Source: Anaerolineae bacterium
GTDB lineage: Bacteria; Chloroflexota; Anaerolineae; Aggregatilineales; UBA3940
Direction of reading: 5' to 3'
Assembly (NCBI GenBank): GCA_034434995.1
Contig: DAOTYF010000043.1
Location: forward strand, 18,306 to 82,305
Length of the DNA: 64,000 nucleotides
Part shown: positions 1 to 9,807 of the stretch, one piece after another
Numbering within the stretch: position 1 is the first letter of the stretch
Layout: the number at the start of each line of letters is the position of its first letter
The notes under the pieces: generated by a model
Told to the model about the DNA's origin: nothing
The model's database searches: none
The model's input: only the letters and a program-made list of their open reading frames with translations
Made by a program: the position numbers and the translations under genes

Positions 1-712
1 CAACCTCGGCATTCCCGTACAGAAGATCGTGCACATCCCAATGGGAATCGATCTGGCCCGATTCCGAATGACTGAGCCGGATCGGGCCACATACAAGGCT
101 AGGCTTGGCGTTCCCGGCGACAAGGTCTGCATTGGCTACTTCCAGCGGGATGGGGATGAGGAACCCAAACTGGTCAAAGGACCAGATGTGTTCATAGATG
201 TGATAGGCGATCTATGGATCAAGCACAGGGATCTGTTCGTGCTTCTAGCGGGGCCAAAGCGCGGTTACGTTATGCGTAACCTTGACCGCCTCGGAGTGCC
301 GTACAAGTATCTTGGCTGGGTACCTTTCACTGAGATGGCCGCTTGTTACTATGCAAGCGATCTGTATCTGATCACGTCGCGGGAGGAAGGCGGCCCCGCC
401 GCGGTTCTGGAGTGCATGGCGACTGGAACGCCGCTGGTGTCAACCCGTGTAGGAATGGCCGTCGATGTGATCCGTCATGGCTGGAATGGCTTCCTGGCCG
501 ATATAGAAGATAGGGACGCACTGGTAAACCACACCTCGTCGCTGCTGGATGATCCTGGTTTGCGGACCCGGTTGTCTGCCCATGCGCTACAGACTGCCGT
601 CGATTATGATTGGAGCCGGGTGGCAGCGGACTATTCGCGGTTGCTCTACGCAGGCGTAGGTCAGCGTCAGGAGTCAGGGCACAACCACCGTGATAATCTG
701 CATTCCGATTGA
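1..712 (+). CDS. glycosyltransferase family 1 (GT4-type), C-terminal part; 5' end lies upstream of the window
   Basis: The frame is open from nt 2 (NLGIPVQKIVHIP...), so the ORF-track Met at 29 is internal. GT-B C-terminal motif SREEGGPAAVLECMATGTPLVSTRVG is present. Confidence 0.8.
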   Translation, partial: NLGIPVQKIVHIPMGIDLARFRMTEPDRATYKARLGVPGDKVCIGYFQRDGDEEPKLVKGPDVFIDVIGDLWIKHRDLFVLLAGPKRGYVMRNLDRLGVPYKYLGWVPFTEMAACYYASDLYLITSREEGGPAAVLECMATGTPLVSTRVGMAVDVIRHGWNGFLADIEDRDALVNHTSSLLDDPGLRTRLSAHALQTAVDYDWSRVAADYSRLLYAGVGQRQESGHNHRDNLHSD

Positions 713-1739
713 AACCAAGCCCCAGGGCGGCGCCTACTACTTCATTGACCTTTTCCGCCACCACTTGGCGAGTCGTGGGATCGGCCATACACAGGATATC
801 GGTGCCCGCTACGATGTGCTGTTTCTTAATGCTTGGCACGTGACCTACTACCAGATTATCGCAGCCTGGCGCGCGAACCCAGAGGTTCGGTTGGTGCATC
901 GGGTGGACGGTGCAGCGCAAGATTACGGGCGGCAGGATGACGCCGACAACCTGCAACACCGCGTCAGTCAATTAGCAGATGCCACGATCTTTCAGAGTCA
1001 ATACTGTCGCCACAGCACGCGAGAGAAGTACCCTGTCATTACTCAGGATGGGCCGGTCATATGGAATGCAGTTGACACAGCACTATTTACCCCCGAAGGG
1101 CCGAGGCGAGCATTGGCTGGCCGCGTCAGGATTTGCTATGTCACCTACAGCACCAACCCGCGAAAGGGCGCCCCGGAGTTATACCGTGTCGCTGCTGCCC
1201 ATCCCGATGTGGACTTCTATCTGTGTGGTCGCTATGAGAATCCTCCTCTGCTGCCCAACCTGCATGTTCTGGGTCTGTTGGGACGGCAGGAGCTGGCCGA
1301 GGTGATGCGTTCCTGCGATGTGTTCCTGACCTTTTCCCAGAATGAGGCCTGCCCGAATGTGGTTCTGGAGGCCATGGCGAGTGGGAAACCGGTGTTATAT
1401 CTCGATAGCGGCGCAGCTCCGGAGCTGGTTCAAGAAGCGGGTGTGCCTGTGACAGTCGAGTCATTCCACGATCAGCTTCAGCTCGTCTTGGCAGACCTGG
1501 GCGGTTTTTCGCATCGAGCGCGTCAGCGGGCCATCCAGCACTTCCATCCCCATGTCATCTTCCCGCGATACTTGGCGGTCTTTGAACATGCGCTGGCGTC
1601 TGCGCTGCGTGTCCCCCCTGCGCGCCGCCGAGTCATGTCCCAGATGGCGTGGCTCGCTGAACCTATCGAGCGCGGCTGGAATAACACTCGCCCGCTTCGG
1701 CGACGTATCGTTGGTAAGCTTCGGACACTGTGGTCCTGA
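690..1739 (+). CDS. glycosyltransferase family 1 (GT4-type)
   Basis: GTG start overlaps the upstream gene by 23 nt. 349 aa. Motif SQNEACPNVVLEAMASGKPVLYLDSG is a GT-B E-x7-E-type region. Confidence 0.8.
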   Translation: MIICIPIETKPQGGAYYFIDLFRHHLASRGIGHTQDIGARYDVLFLNAWHVTYYQIIAAWRANPEVRLVHRVDGAAQDYGRQDDADNLQHRVSQLADATIFQSQYCRHSTREKYPVITQDGPVIWNAVDTALFTPEGPRRALAGRVRICYVTYSTNPRKGAPELYRVAAAHPDVDFYLCGRYENPPLLPNLHVLGLLGRQELAEVMRSCDVFLTFSQNEACPNVVLEAMASGKPVLYLDSGAAPELVQEAGVPVTVESFHDQLQLVLADLGGFSHRARQRAIQHFHPHVIFPRYLAVFEHALASALRVPPARRRVMSQMAWLAEPIERGWNNTRPLRRRIVGKLRTLWS

Positions 1740-1758
1740 CAGAAGGTAGGAACGCGGT

Positions 1759-2886
1759 ATGGGGCAAAACCGTCACGGCCTGGCGTTGTTCTTTACGCTG
1801 GGTGTCTCGTTGGTAGACTGGGAGAGGGCTGGGTTTCTTGAGCGAGAGGTGAACTACTATCGCCAGTTGGCTGAGCACATCGGGCCTGTGACTTTTGTAA
1901 CCTACGGCGGCGCTGAGGATCGGGCCATTGCTGATAAGTTAGGCGGTATTCGTTTGCTCGTAAATGAACATCGTTTGCCACCCGAGTCCTTTATGCGCGA
2001 GGCCCCAATGGCTTATCGCGATGCGCTGCGGGGTGTCGCTATTGTCAAAAGCAACCAGATCAAGGGTGCATGGGCAGCTCTTGCTGCGGCTGCCTTGACA
2101 GGGGCGCATTCTATTGTGCGTGGCGGTTACTTGCTTTCACGTTTCAGCGCCAATCGCCCGACTTCGCTTAGGGTGAGGTTTGGGTTATGGAGACGCGAAC
2201 TGAGCCTTTTCCACCAGGCAGATCGAGTTTTCCTTCCCAGCCGTGAGGATGCTCTGTATGCACGGCGCTGGTATGCCCTGCCTGCTGAGAAGGTCATTAT
2301 CCTGCCGAATTTCGTTGATGTTGATCTGTTCGCGCCCCGTGACGACCTTGCCTGCGAACCTGGCCTCATTGGTTTTGTCGGGCGGCTGGCTCCTCAGAAG
2401 AACCTCTCTACGTTGATCGAGGCGGCAGCAGGGATTCCGGGGGTTAGGCTGCGATTGATTGGCGACGGGCCGGAGCGAGAGCGCCTCAAGGCTCTGGCGC
2501 AGCAGCGTGGTGTTACTATCGACCTGCTCGGCACAGTCCCCCACCACGAGTTGCCGCGACTTTTGGCAGAGTGTGAGATATTTGTGCTTCCCTCCCTGTA
2601 TGAAGGAGCGCCGAAGGCCCTGCTGGAAGCCATGTCAGCGGCTCTGCCCGTGATCGCGACCAAAGTGCAGGGCAGCCATGCCCTCATCCGCCATCGTGAG
2701 ACAGGATGGTTGTGCGAGGATACTTCGGCAGCCTCGCTTCGCCGCGCCCTTGAGACCCTGCTTCATGACTCTCGGCTCCGTACGCAGATGGGACGGGCTG
2801 CGCGACGGTTTGTGGTGGAGCACTTCTCCCTGCCGCATGTTCTTCAACGCGAAGTGACTGCTTATCGGGAGCTGGGTTGTGCCTGA
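1759..2886 (+). CDS. glycosyltransferase family 1 (GT4-type)
   Basis: 375 aa. Motifs FVGRLAPQKN and PSLYEGAPKALLEAMSAALPVIATKVQG are present. Confidence 0.85.
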   Translation: MGQNRHGLALFFTLGVSLVDWERAGFLEREVNYYRQLAEHIGPVTFVTYGGAEDRAIADKLGGIRLLVNEHRLPPESFMREAPMAYRDALRGVAIVKSNQIKGAWAALAAAALTGAHSIVRGGYLLSRFSANRPTSLRVRFGLWRRELSLFHQADRVFLPSREDALYARRWYALPAEKVIILPNFVDVDLFAPRDDLACEPGLIGFVGRLAPQKNLSTLIEAAAGIPGVRLRLIGDGPERERLKALAQQRGVTIDLLGTVPHHELPRLLAECEIFVLPSLYEGAPKALLEAMSAALPVIATKVQGSHALIRHRETGWLCEDTSAASLRRALETLLHDSRLRTQMGRAARRFVVEHFSLPHVLQREVTAYRELGCA

Positions 2887-3841
2887 GGCGCCTACTGTCA
2901 GCGTGGTGATGAGCGTCTACAACGAGGCCGCCGATCTCTTGACGACGCTTGATAGCTTGCGCAATCAGTCATTCGCCGATTACGAGGTGATCGTGGTGGA
3001 CGATGGCTCCACCGATCAGACCTGGCAACTTTTGACCGGGCTGGACTGGCCTCGCTTGCGACTGCATCGCAATCTGACCAATCGAGGGCAGACCCCTTGC
3101 CTCAACCTAGCGCTATCAATGGCACGTGGGCGTTACATAGCACGGCATGATGCCCAGGATGTATCAGCTCCGACCCGCTTTGAGCAGCAGGTAGCTTACC
3201 TAGACAAGCACCCGTCCGTAGCAGTAATCGGTTGTCAGGTAGACTGGGTTGATCGTGCTGGGCAGGTTGTCCGCCACTTTGATTTTCCCATCCAACATAA
3301 GGAAATCGTCGCACGCTTGAGGGAGAAGAACAGCTTTGCTCATGGTGCAGTGATGGTGCGCCGCGAAGCGTTAGACAGGGTCGGTTTGTATCGTGAAGAG
3401 TTTCGCCTGGCACAGGACTATGATCTCTGGCTCCGCTTAGCTGAGATGGCGAAACTTGCCAACCTGCCTGAGAGGCTATATACGATGCGCTTCAACGCCC
3501 GTATGGCAAGCGTTGCTCGCAACGCGGAGCAGAATGCATATGCGACGCTGGCTCGTCAACTTGCCGCCGAGCGGGCCGAACATGGCTTGGAGAGGACGGA
3601 TGTAGCCGCCGCCGCGGATGCCCTCGAAGCTCGCTTCCGCCGGGCAAACTGGTTCGTGCGCCGGGTTGACCTCGCTACGAACTATCTGAATTGGGCGGAT
3701 CGGTTGTTGTGGTGGGGAGCACCCGCATCCCAGTATGCCTGGACGATGTGGGCTTATGCATTGATGGCTTGCCCTATTGTTCCTCGCGTGTGGAAATATC
3801 TCGCGCGCGAGATTCTATGCCCGTCTCGGGGGAGGGGCTAA
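2879..3841 (+). CDS. glycosyltransferase family 2 (GT-A fold)
   Basis: GTG start with an 8-nt overlap. N-terminus reads VSVVMSVYNEA...EVIVVDDGSTDQT, followed by ARHDAQD (DxD-like). Confidence 0.85.
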   Translation: MPEAPTVSVVMSVYNEAADLLTTLDSLRNQSFADYEVIVVDDGSTDQTWQLLTGLDWPRLRLHRNLTNRGQTPCLNLALSMARGRYIARHDAQDVSAPTRFEQQVAYLDKHPSVAVIGCQVDWVDRAGQVVRHFDFPIQHKEIVARLREKNSFAHGAVMVRREALDRVGLYREEFRLAQDYDLWLRLAEMAKLANLPERLYTMRFNARMASVARNAEQNAYATLARQLAAERAEHGLERTDVAAAADALEARFRRANWFVRRVDLATNYLNWADRLLWWGAPASQYAWTMWAYALMACPIVPRVWKYLAREILCPSRGRG

Positions 3842-3853
3842 GTTCTATAAGCA

Positions 3854-4759
3854 ATGGTAACCCGCGCGCGTGTAATGATAAGCGGTCAGACATTTGAGGT
3901 TGAGGTTCTGCGCCGTCACTATGAGCAGCCGTCGGCTGTTCGCCTACTGATGGTGTGCTATCACCCGACTCCTATTGCTGCTGAGGTGACCCGCGTTGGG
4001 ATCGAATCAATCTTGCGTTACACTCCCACGCCGTTTGAGCTATGGGTCGTGGACAATGCCTCATTGTCGCGCTACAGCGAGTGGTTGCGCTCGCTGGAGG
4101 CGGTGAATGTGGTGTTCAACCGGACTCCACCCGTCCCGCCAAGACGACAAGGATGGCGTGCTCGGCTAGGCTTACGGGCGCCGAGGGCTGACCAGCAGAT
4201 GGGGGCCGGCAGTTATGCCAATGCAATCGGTCTTGAACTTGGTGTGTGGGCTATTGATCCATCCTCACATTACTTATGCGTGATGCATAACGATGTGCTC
4301 GTGCTACGGGAAAACTGGCTTTCTTATCTTCAAGCCAAACTATCACAGCATGTGCGGGCAGCTGCCATGTTGCGAGATCGTCATTCTGGGCGCATTGGTG
4401 CACTCCACGTTTCGGGGTTGCTATTTGATTTCGCTCTGTTCCGGCAGCTCGGTATGAGTTTCATGCCCGATCTTCCCCGGCTAGACGTGGGGGATAAGAT
4501 TAGTGCCATGCTTCGAACCGCTGGCTACGGGGAGTTTGTGTGCCAAAATACCTACAATAACCCGGAGTTGGTTGATTGGATTGCCAAAGACAACCCATTG
4601 CACCGCCTACATACTGACCGTGCCTTCGATGATGATCGGCGTGTGATTTTTGCTCACCTTGGCCGAGGGACGCCTAAGTCGGCGGGGCATTATCGTCAGC
4701 CAGGCAAGACCTATCCCGAACAATGGATCGCCTTTGCAAGGGAGCACGTGCTTGCGTGA
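3854..4759 (+). CDS. hypothetical protein, possibly GT2-like glycosyltransferase
   Basis: 301-aa ORF in operon context. LWVVDNAS and VMHNDVLV weakly resemble GT-A nucleotide-binding and DxD segments. This is a family-level guess only. Confidence 0.45.
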   Translation: MVTRARVMISGQTFEVEVLRRHYEQPSAVRLLMVCYHPTPIAAEVTRVGIESILRYTPTPFELWVVDNASLSRYSEWLRSLEAVNVVFNRTPPVPPRRQGWRARLGLRAPRADQQMGAGSYANAIGLELGVWAIDPSSHYLCVMHNDVLVLRENWLSYLQAKLSQHVRAAAMLRDRHSGRIGALHVSGLLFDFALFRQLGMSFMPDLPRLDVGDKISAMLRTAGYGEFVCQNTYNNPELVDWIAKDNPLHRLHTDRAFDDDRRVIFAHLGRGTPKSAGHYRQPGKTYPEQWIAFAREHVLA

Positions 4760-5538
4760 ATAGGCATAGGCTTGCTCTGCGGATCGATGACATTGGCGCG
4801 TCGGCCAAGCGGTACGAAATCTACGCGCGGCGCGACTTATCGCTTGGCCCGTTATATGTTCCGGGTGATTTTTTGTTCCTCAAAGCATTGCCCCCCTTCC
4901 GGGCCTGGGGGCCTTACCGCGAAATGCGCCCACATGAGTGGATCAAGGTTTTCGAACTGCTCACGGAGTTTGGTGCCGTGCTGACGGTTGGGGTTACCGC
5001 TGCCTGGGTGAACTGGGATGCTTCTCTGACTCCCTTCCCGCGCAAGTTCCCTGAAGAAGCTGCCGTGCTCCGCGAGGGGTTGGGGGCTGGCCTGATTGAG
5101 ATTGCAAATCACGGCCTGACCCACTGCGTGCTGGAGAACTATGCCTTCCGGCCTGCCTGGCGGCATGGCAATCGGAAGGCCCATCGGGAGTTCTGGGAAC
5201 ATATCCCGTTGAGGGTGCAAGAGGACCACCTACGCCGGTCACAGGACATTCTGAACGAGACGTTTGGCGTTGATGTTGTCACATTTGTTCCGCCCGGCAA
5301 CGTGTTCACTGAAGCGACCCTGGAGATCGCCGCGCGCTATGGGTTGCGCGTTCTCTCCTGCGAAACGTCTCTGGACAGCCATCCGGCGATGTGCGTTGTC
5401 GGAAGCGATCACGTGCTTGCCTTTCACGACCGCGAAATCGTGGTTGAGGGTGTGGGGTGGTTGCGCACCCTGTTAGAGCAGCACCAGGGCAGTGAGTTCT
5501 GCCTCGTTCGTGATCTGGCTGAGAGTATATGTGGTTAA
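4756..5538 (+). CDS. polysaccharide deacetylase-like (NodB/DUF2334-type) protein
   Basis: GTG at 4756 forms a GTGA overlap with the upstream stop and is preceded by AAGGGAG. The ORF-track ATG at 4723 is an alternative start. Motifs RIDDIGAS, NHGLTH and FVPPGN are present. Confidence 0.6.
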   Translation: MNRHRLALRIDDIGASAKRYEIYARRDLSLGPLYVPGDFLFLKALPPFRAWGPYREMRPHEWIKVFELLTEFGAVLTVGVTAAWVNWDASLTPFPRKFPEEAAVLREGLGAGLIEIANHGLTHCVLENYAFRPAWRHGNRKAHREFWEHIPLRVQEDHLRRSQDILNETFGVDVVTFVPPGNVFTEATLEIAARYGLRVLSCETSLDSHPAMCVVGSDHVLAFHDREIVVEGVGWLRTLLEQHQGSEFCLVRDLAESICG

Positions 5539-6272
5539 TCAGGCAAAGCCTGCGTGCCTTTCGCCAGGTTGCTCCAGGGAAGCTGCTGGAGCGCTGGCTG
5601 GCTTATTCAGAGCGGCGTCGTTTGCTTGACCAGGCGCTCCGCACACAACAGCCCTTCATGGAAGGGCGCGTGTTGGAAGTGGGAGCTGGGCGACAGGGGC
5701 GTCGAGGACGCTTCTCCCCTCCCACTGAGGGGGTCGTTTGCTGGTTAACTCTGGACCTTGAACCCGATCGGCGCCCCCATGTGATCGCCGATGTGGCCGA
5801 TCTGCCCTTTCCGAGCCGGATGTTCGATGTGGTGGTATGCCTTGAGGTTCTTGAGTATACGCGCGATCCCAGATGCGCGTTAGGCGAATTATCCCGCGTG
5901 CTGGATGAAGGCGGCATTCTCATTCTATCCACCCCCTTCCTTCATCGGGTTGATAGCCCAGACGACCGGTGGCGTCTGACCGAGCGCGGCTTGCGCGATG
6001 TCTTGGCTGGTGCGGGCTTTACCGTCGAGGTCGTGGAGCAGCAAGGCGCTGCTCTGGTAGTCATCGCCAATACGGTCAAGTTTCCACTCAGCCTTGTGCG
6101 CCCGCTGGTCCTGAGATGGTTACTGGGTGCGCTGATCTGGTTACCCTTGATGCTGCTGCGCTGGCTGGATGGGCCGGCAGCACGGAGATTCCCTCTTCTA
6201 TGCGACTATAGTACGGGATATCTCATTCGGGGACGAATGACCCACCCAGGCTCAAATGCTCCAGGTCCTTAG
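5529..6272 (+). CDS. class I SAM-dependent methyltransferase with hydrophobic C-terminal tail
   Basis: VLEVGAGRQG matches SAM motif I, with DVVVCLEVLEY and GGILILSTP downstream. The C-terminal segment LVLRWLLGALIWLPLMLLRWL looks transmembrane. Confidence 0.75.
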   Translation: MWLIRQSLRAFRQVAPGKLLERWLAYSERRRLLDQALRTQQPFMEGRVLEVGAGRQGRRGRFSPPTEGVVCWLTLDLEPDRRPHVIADVADLPFPSRMFDVVVCLEVLEYTRDPRCALGELSRVLDEGGILILSTPFLHRVDSPDDRWRLTERGLRDVLAGAGFTVEVVEQQGAALVVIANTVKFPLSLVRPLVLRWLLGALIWLPLMLLRWLDGPAARRFPLLCDYSTGYLIRGRMTHPGSNAPGP

Positions 6273-6290
6273 CCCACTAACGGCAGCCAG

Positions 6291-7562
6291 ATGCGAATCC
6301 TAGTTCTGACGGATACATTTCCACCTGATGTGTCGGGTGGAGCAGCACGCATTGCCCTTACACAGTGCCGTGCCTTGCGTCGTCTGGGGCATGAGGTTCG
6401 GGTGATCAGCACTCGGCGCGATGTCTCGTTGCCAGCTATGGCAATGGTGGAGGGTATCCCGGTTCACCGGCTGAAAGTCTCCTATCCCCCTCGCTGGCAG
6501 GCGTATCTGAGCCTTTACAACCCTGCGGTGGCGCATCAGCTTGGCCCTTTACTGGATCAAGTGCGCCCTGACGTTGTCCATGCACATAACGTCCATGCCT
6601 ATCTGACCTACCACAGCCTGACGCTGGCCAAACGACGTGGCTTGTCTGTTGTGCTTACCGCGCACGATGCCATGATGGTCACCTACCAGAAACTTGATAG
6701 CTTCATCGATCCCTCTTGGAGGCACGTTCCGGATTCGTTCGACTATCGGGTGAGCATCTGGTATCAACTGCGCAAACAACGCTTTCGCTACTTCCCGCTC
6801 CGCAATGCCATCATTCGTCGTGTGCTTTGGCAAGCGGTCGATGCACTTGTGTCTCCCAGCCAAGCGCTGCTTGACGTTCTGTCCGCAAATCGGATGGCGG
6901 CCCGGCGGATGGTGTGCATTCCGAATGGGGTGGATGCCGCTGCATTTGAGACTTCTGATGGCCAGCGGGCGGAGTTCCAGACGAGATACGACCTGGTTGG
7001 CAGGCGCATTATTGTGCTGGCAGGCCGGGTGAGCCAGGCGAAGGGCGGACTTCAGATGCTGAAAGCGATGCAGTTGATCGTCCGCGAGGTTCCAAATGCC
7101 ACTCTGCTTGTGTTGGCCCCTCCTGAAGGTTCCAGCAAGGGACTCCTGGCTGTTGCGGAATCGCTCGGAATACGGCAGTATATCCGCTTTGCTGGGTGGC
7201 TGACTGACGATGAACTGGCGGCTGCTTTCGGGGCCGCCGATGTTTGTGTGACGCCCTCGGTCGTCTTTGATACATTCCCAACCGTCAATCTTGAGGCGAT
7301 GGCCGCCGGGACGCCGGTAGTTGCAACATGTTTCGGCGGTTCCCGTGAATTGGTCGTGGATGGCGAGACGGGGTTCATCGTCAATCCCTTCAATGTGGAT
7401 ATGCTGGCTGAGCGGGTTACTCGCCTCTTGGCCGACGCTGAGTTACGGCACGAGATGGGGGAGCGCGCGCGTGAGCGCATCCGCCAGCATTATGACTGGC
7501 TTGTACAAGCGGAGCGTCTGCTCAAGCTCTACCAGCAGATTCGAGATGCGAATGAGCGATAG
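6291..7562 (+). CDS. glycosyltransferase family 1 (GT4-type)
   Basis: 423 aa. N-terminus MRILVLTDTFPPDVSGGAARIA; C-terminal motif VTPSVVFDTFPTVNLEAMAAGTPVVATCFGG. Confidence 0.85.
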   Translation: MRILVLTDTFPPDVSGGAARIALTQCRALRRLGHEVRVISTRRDVSLPAMAMVEGIPVHRLKVSYPPRWQAYLSLYNPAVAHQLGPLLDQVRPDVVHAHNVHAYLTYHSLTLAKRRGLSVVLTAHDAMMVTYQKLDSFIDPSWRHVPDSFDYRVSIWYQLRKQRFRYFPLRNAIIRRVLWQAVDALVSPSQALLDVLSANRMAARRMVCIPNGVDAAAFETSDGQRAEFQTRYDLVGRRIIVLAGRVSQAKGGLQMLKAMQLIVREVPNATLLVLAPPEGSSKGLLAVAESLGIRQYIRFAGWLTDDELAAAFGAADVCVTPSVVFDTFPTVNLEAMAAGTPVVATCFGGSRELVVDGETGFIVNPFNVDMLAERVTRLLADAELRHEMGERARERIRQHYDWLVQAERLLKLYQQIRDANER

Positions 7563-8844
7563 CCGTCCGACAACAGAGGACGCTCTGATGTCCTCCGTCC
7601 GTCCCTCTCCGTTTGCCGGGGTCATTGAGCGCTGGGCTGTTCTCAAGCCAGCCCAGCGAAGATTAGCTATCCTGGTGGGCATACGGTTGCTTCTGGCGAT
7701 GGTCTTTATCCTCAATATCCTTCCTCTAGACCTTCGCTATGGCTGGTATCTTCATCACGGCGGCGATCAGCAGGTCATGATGAACCTGGCTGAGTCGATT
7801 CTCGCTGGTCACCCCGTCGCCAGCCTGGTTGGGATTGGGCAGCCTTTGGTGATGGTCCCCTGGATTGCTCTGTTGAGGCCATTTGGGGGGCTAGATTTTG
7901 ATTACTTCGATATCGTTGCTCCCTTGGTGGTCATCAATGGCTTAGTGCTTGGCGGCCTCTCAGTGTGGGTTATTGGTGGGATTGTCCGGCATACGACACG
8001 CGACTGGCCTACAGCATTGTGGTCGGCGGGAACCTGGGCCGCGCTTCCCCTTGTCACATACTTCGTCTTCTTCTGGCACCACGATCCCATCCTACTCCGG
8101 AGTGCCAATGTACCTAAGGTTGGCTGGTTGAACGGACTTTCGGATGCTCCTGCGACTTTCCTTCCCATGGTGGCTGTGCTTGCCCTGGCGCAACTCCTGG
8201 AATCGGATCAACGACCGACCACGAAGCGCATGGTGATTATCGGGATGTTATTGGGAGGAGCTATTCTGTTCCGGGTGCATGTTGCGCCGATGGTTGTGTT
8301 CTTATTTGGGTACGTGCTTGTCGCTTACGGGTGGCGGCAGTTTGCGGGCGCGGTTGTGGGAGGATTAGTAGCTTACCTTCCCCAAGCTATCTACAACCAG
8401 ATTGTCTTCCGCTTCCCATTCACAACTGGTTACATTTCTATGAACGATGTGGGGTTGTGGGGCGGAACGGCCCAGCGTCCCCTGATCGATATCCTCACCG
8501 GGCTTCCGTTTCACCCCCGGCATGTGGCCGAGCTTGCGGACTACTTCATTGCGCGGCGGCCCTGGCTGGTGGTTCCTTTGATCCTGATCCTGGCTGCCAC
8601 GATCATTGTTGTGGTTAGCCTGTGGAGGCATCAGGGATGGCGTGCGGTCGCGCTTCTGGTGGGCACGCCTCTGGCCTACATCGTCCCCATGATGACGGCG
8701 TGGCCCTTCCGATACGATGTGATCCGCTTCTCGCTCCCTGCCCTGCCCTACCTTCTAGCGTGTTGTATTTACGCAGTGCGACGCATAGGGAGGAGCCTGC
8801 CTCTACTGTCTTCGCAGCATTCTGTAGGAACACCGCAGGCTTAG
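7546..8844 (+). CDS. polytopic integral membrane protein, GT-C-like
   Basis: Start trimmed to ATG 7546 (or 7552), because ORF-track 7321 overlaps the upstream GT1 by 240 nt. At least 9 hydrophobic segments. No soluble domain is recognisable. Confidence 0.6.
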   Translation: MRMSDSRPTTEDALMSSVRPSPFAGVIERWAVLKPAQRRLAILVGIRLLLAMVFILNILPLDLRYGWYLHHGGDQQVMMNLAESILAGHPVASLVGIGQPLVMVPWIALLRPFGGLDFDYFDIVAPLVVINGLVLGGLSVWVIGGIVRHTTRDWPTALWSAGTWAALPLVTYFVFFWHHDPILLRSANVPKVGWLNGLSDAPATFLPMVAVLALAQLLESDQRPTTKRMVIIGMLLGGAILFRVHVAPMVVFLFGYVLVAYGWRQFAGAVVGGLVAYLPQAIYNQIVFRFPFTTGYISMNDVGLWGGTAQRPLIDILTGLPFHPRHVAELADYFIARRPWLVVPLILILAATIIVVVSLWRHQGWRAVALLVGTPLAYIVPMMTAWPFRYDVIRFSLPALPYLLACCIYAVRRIGRSLPLLSSQHSVGTPQA

Positions 8845-8892
8845 AGCTACACCTAACTGGATGCCCCCTGCTGAAGGAGAACGGCAGATTTA

Positions 8893-9807
8893 ATGCGAAT
8901 TCTTATCACTGGCGGCCTGGGTGCAGTCGGTGTGCCCCTAACCCGCGAACTTCGTGGGCGTGGCCATGAGGTATGGGTTGCGGATCGCTTGCACGCACCG
9001 GGGCCGTACTATCTACGCTGTGATGTGGGTATCTACCGCCAGGTGGAGCGTCTATTTGAGGATAGACACTTCGATCTGGTCTATCATCTGGCCGCCGAGT
9101 TTGGCCGTCATAATGGTGAGGACTTCTACGAGACGATGTGGCAGAGCAATGTCATTGGCACCAAACACCTGATTCGCCTCCAGGAGAAGCTTGGCTTTCG
9201 AATGGTCTTTGCCAGTAGCTCCGAGATCTATGGTGATTGGGATGGCATTATGACCGAGGATGTTCCGGAACGGTACCCTATCCGCCAGTTGAACGATTAC
9301 GCGATCTCGAAGTGGGCTAGCGAGATGCAGATCATGAACTCCGCGGCACTTTCCGGGACTGAAACAGTGCGTGTGCGGCTGTTCAATACCTATGGCCCAG
9401 GCGAGCACTACTCTGAATATCGAAGTGTCATATGCCGTTTCGTCTACCATGCCCTGCATGATCTGCCCTATGTTGTCTACCTCGACCACCATCGCACATC
9501 CACGTACATCGACGATTGTGCGCGGACGTTGGCGAATATCACCGAACGCTTCAAGCCAGGCGAGGTGTATAACATCGCTGGGGAAGAATATCATGACATC
9601 AAGACCCTGTCCGATATGATCCTCGCCTACCTGGGGAAAGACGATCGCTTGGTTGAATATCAGCCACTAGAGGTACATAACACCCGCGACAAGCGTGCGG
9701 ATAATTCCAAATCGAAGCGCGATCTGGATCATCGCTGCACGGTTACACTGGATGTGGGCATCCCAAGAACCATTGAATGGCAGAAAGAGGTGTATGGCCG
9801 TGGTTGA
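8893..9807 (+). CDS. NAD-dependent epimerase/dehydratase (extended SDR)
   Basis: MRILITGGLGAVG is a Rossmann GxxGxxG motif, YAISK is the catalytic YxxxK, and SSSEIYG is present. Confidence 0.85.
   Translation: MRILITGGLGAVGVPLTRELRGRGHEVWVADRLHAPGPYYLRCDVGIYRQVERLFEDRHFDLVYHLAAEFGRHNGEDFYETMWQSNVIGTKHLIRLQEKLGFRMVFASSSEIYGDWDGIMTEDVPERYPIRQLNDYAISKWASEMQIMNSAALSGTETVRVRLFNTYGPGEHYSEYRSVICRFVYHALHDLPYVVYLDHHRTSTYIDDCARTLANITERFKPGEVYNIAGEEYHDIKTLSDMILAYLGKDDRLVEYQPLEVHNTRDKRADNSKSKRDLDHRCTVTLDVGIPRTIEWQKEVYGRG

Noticed and set aside
7321-7545. Over-extended N-termini in the ORF track at 7321, 9695, 16004, 32680, 35961, 46073, 47419, 50420, 53723, 31637 and 31448.
   Set aside because: The extensions overlap the upstream gene by 50-240 nt in another frame and encode non-homologous sequence. 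Internal ATG/GTG starts placed at stop-overlap positions give canonical family N-termini.
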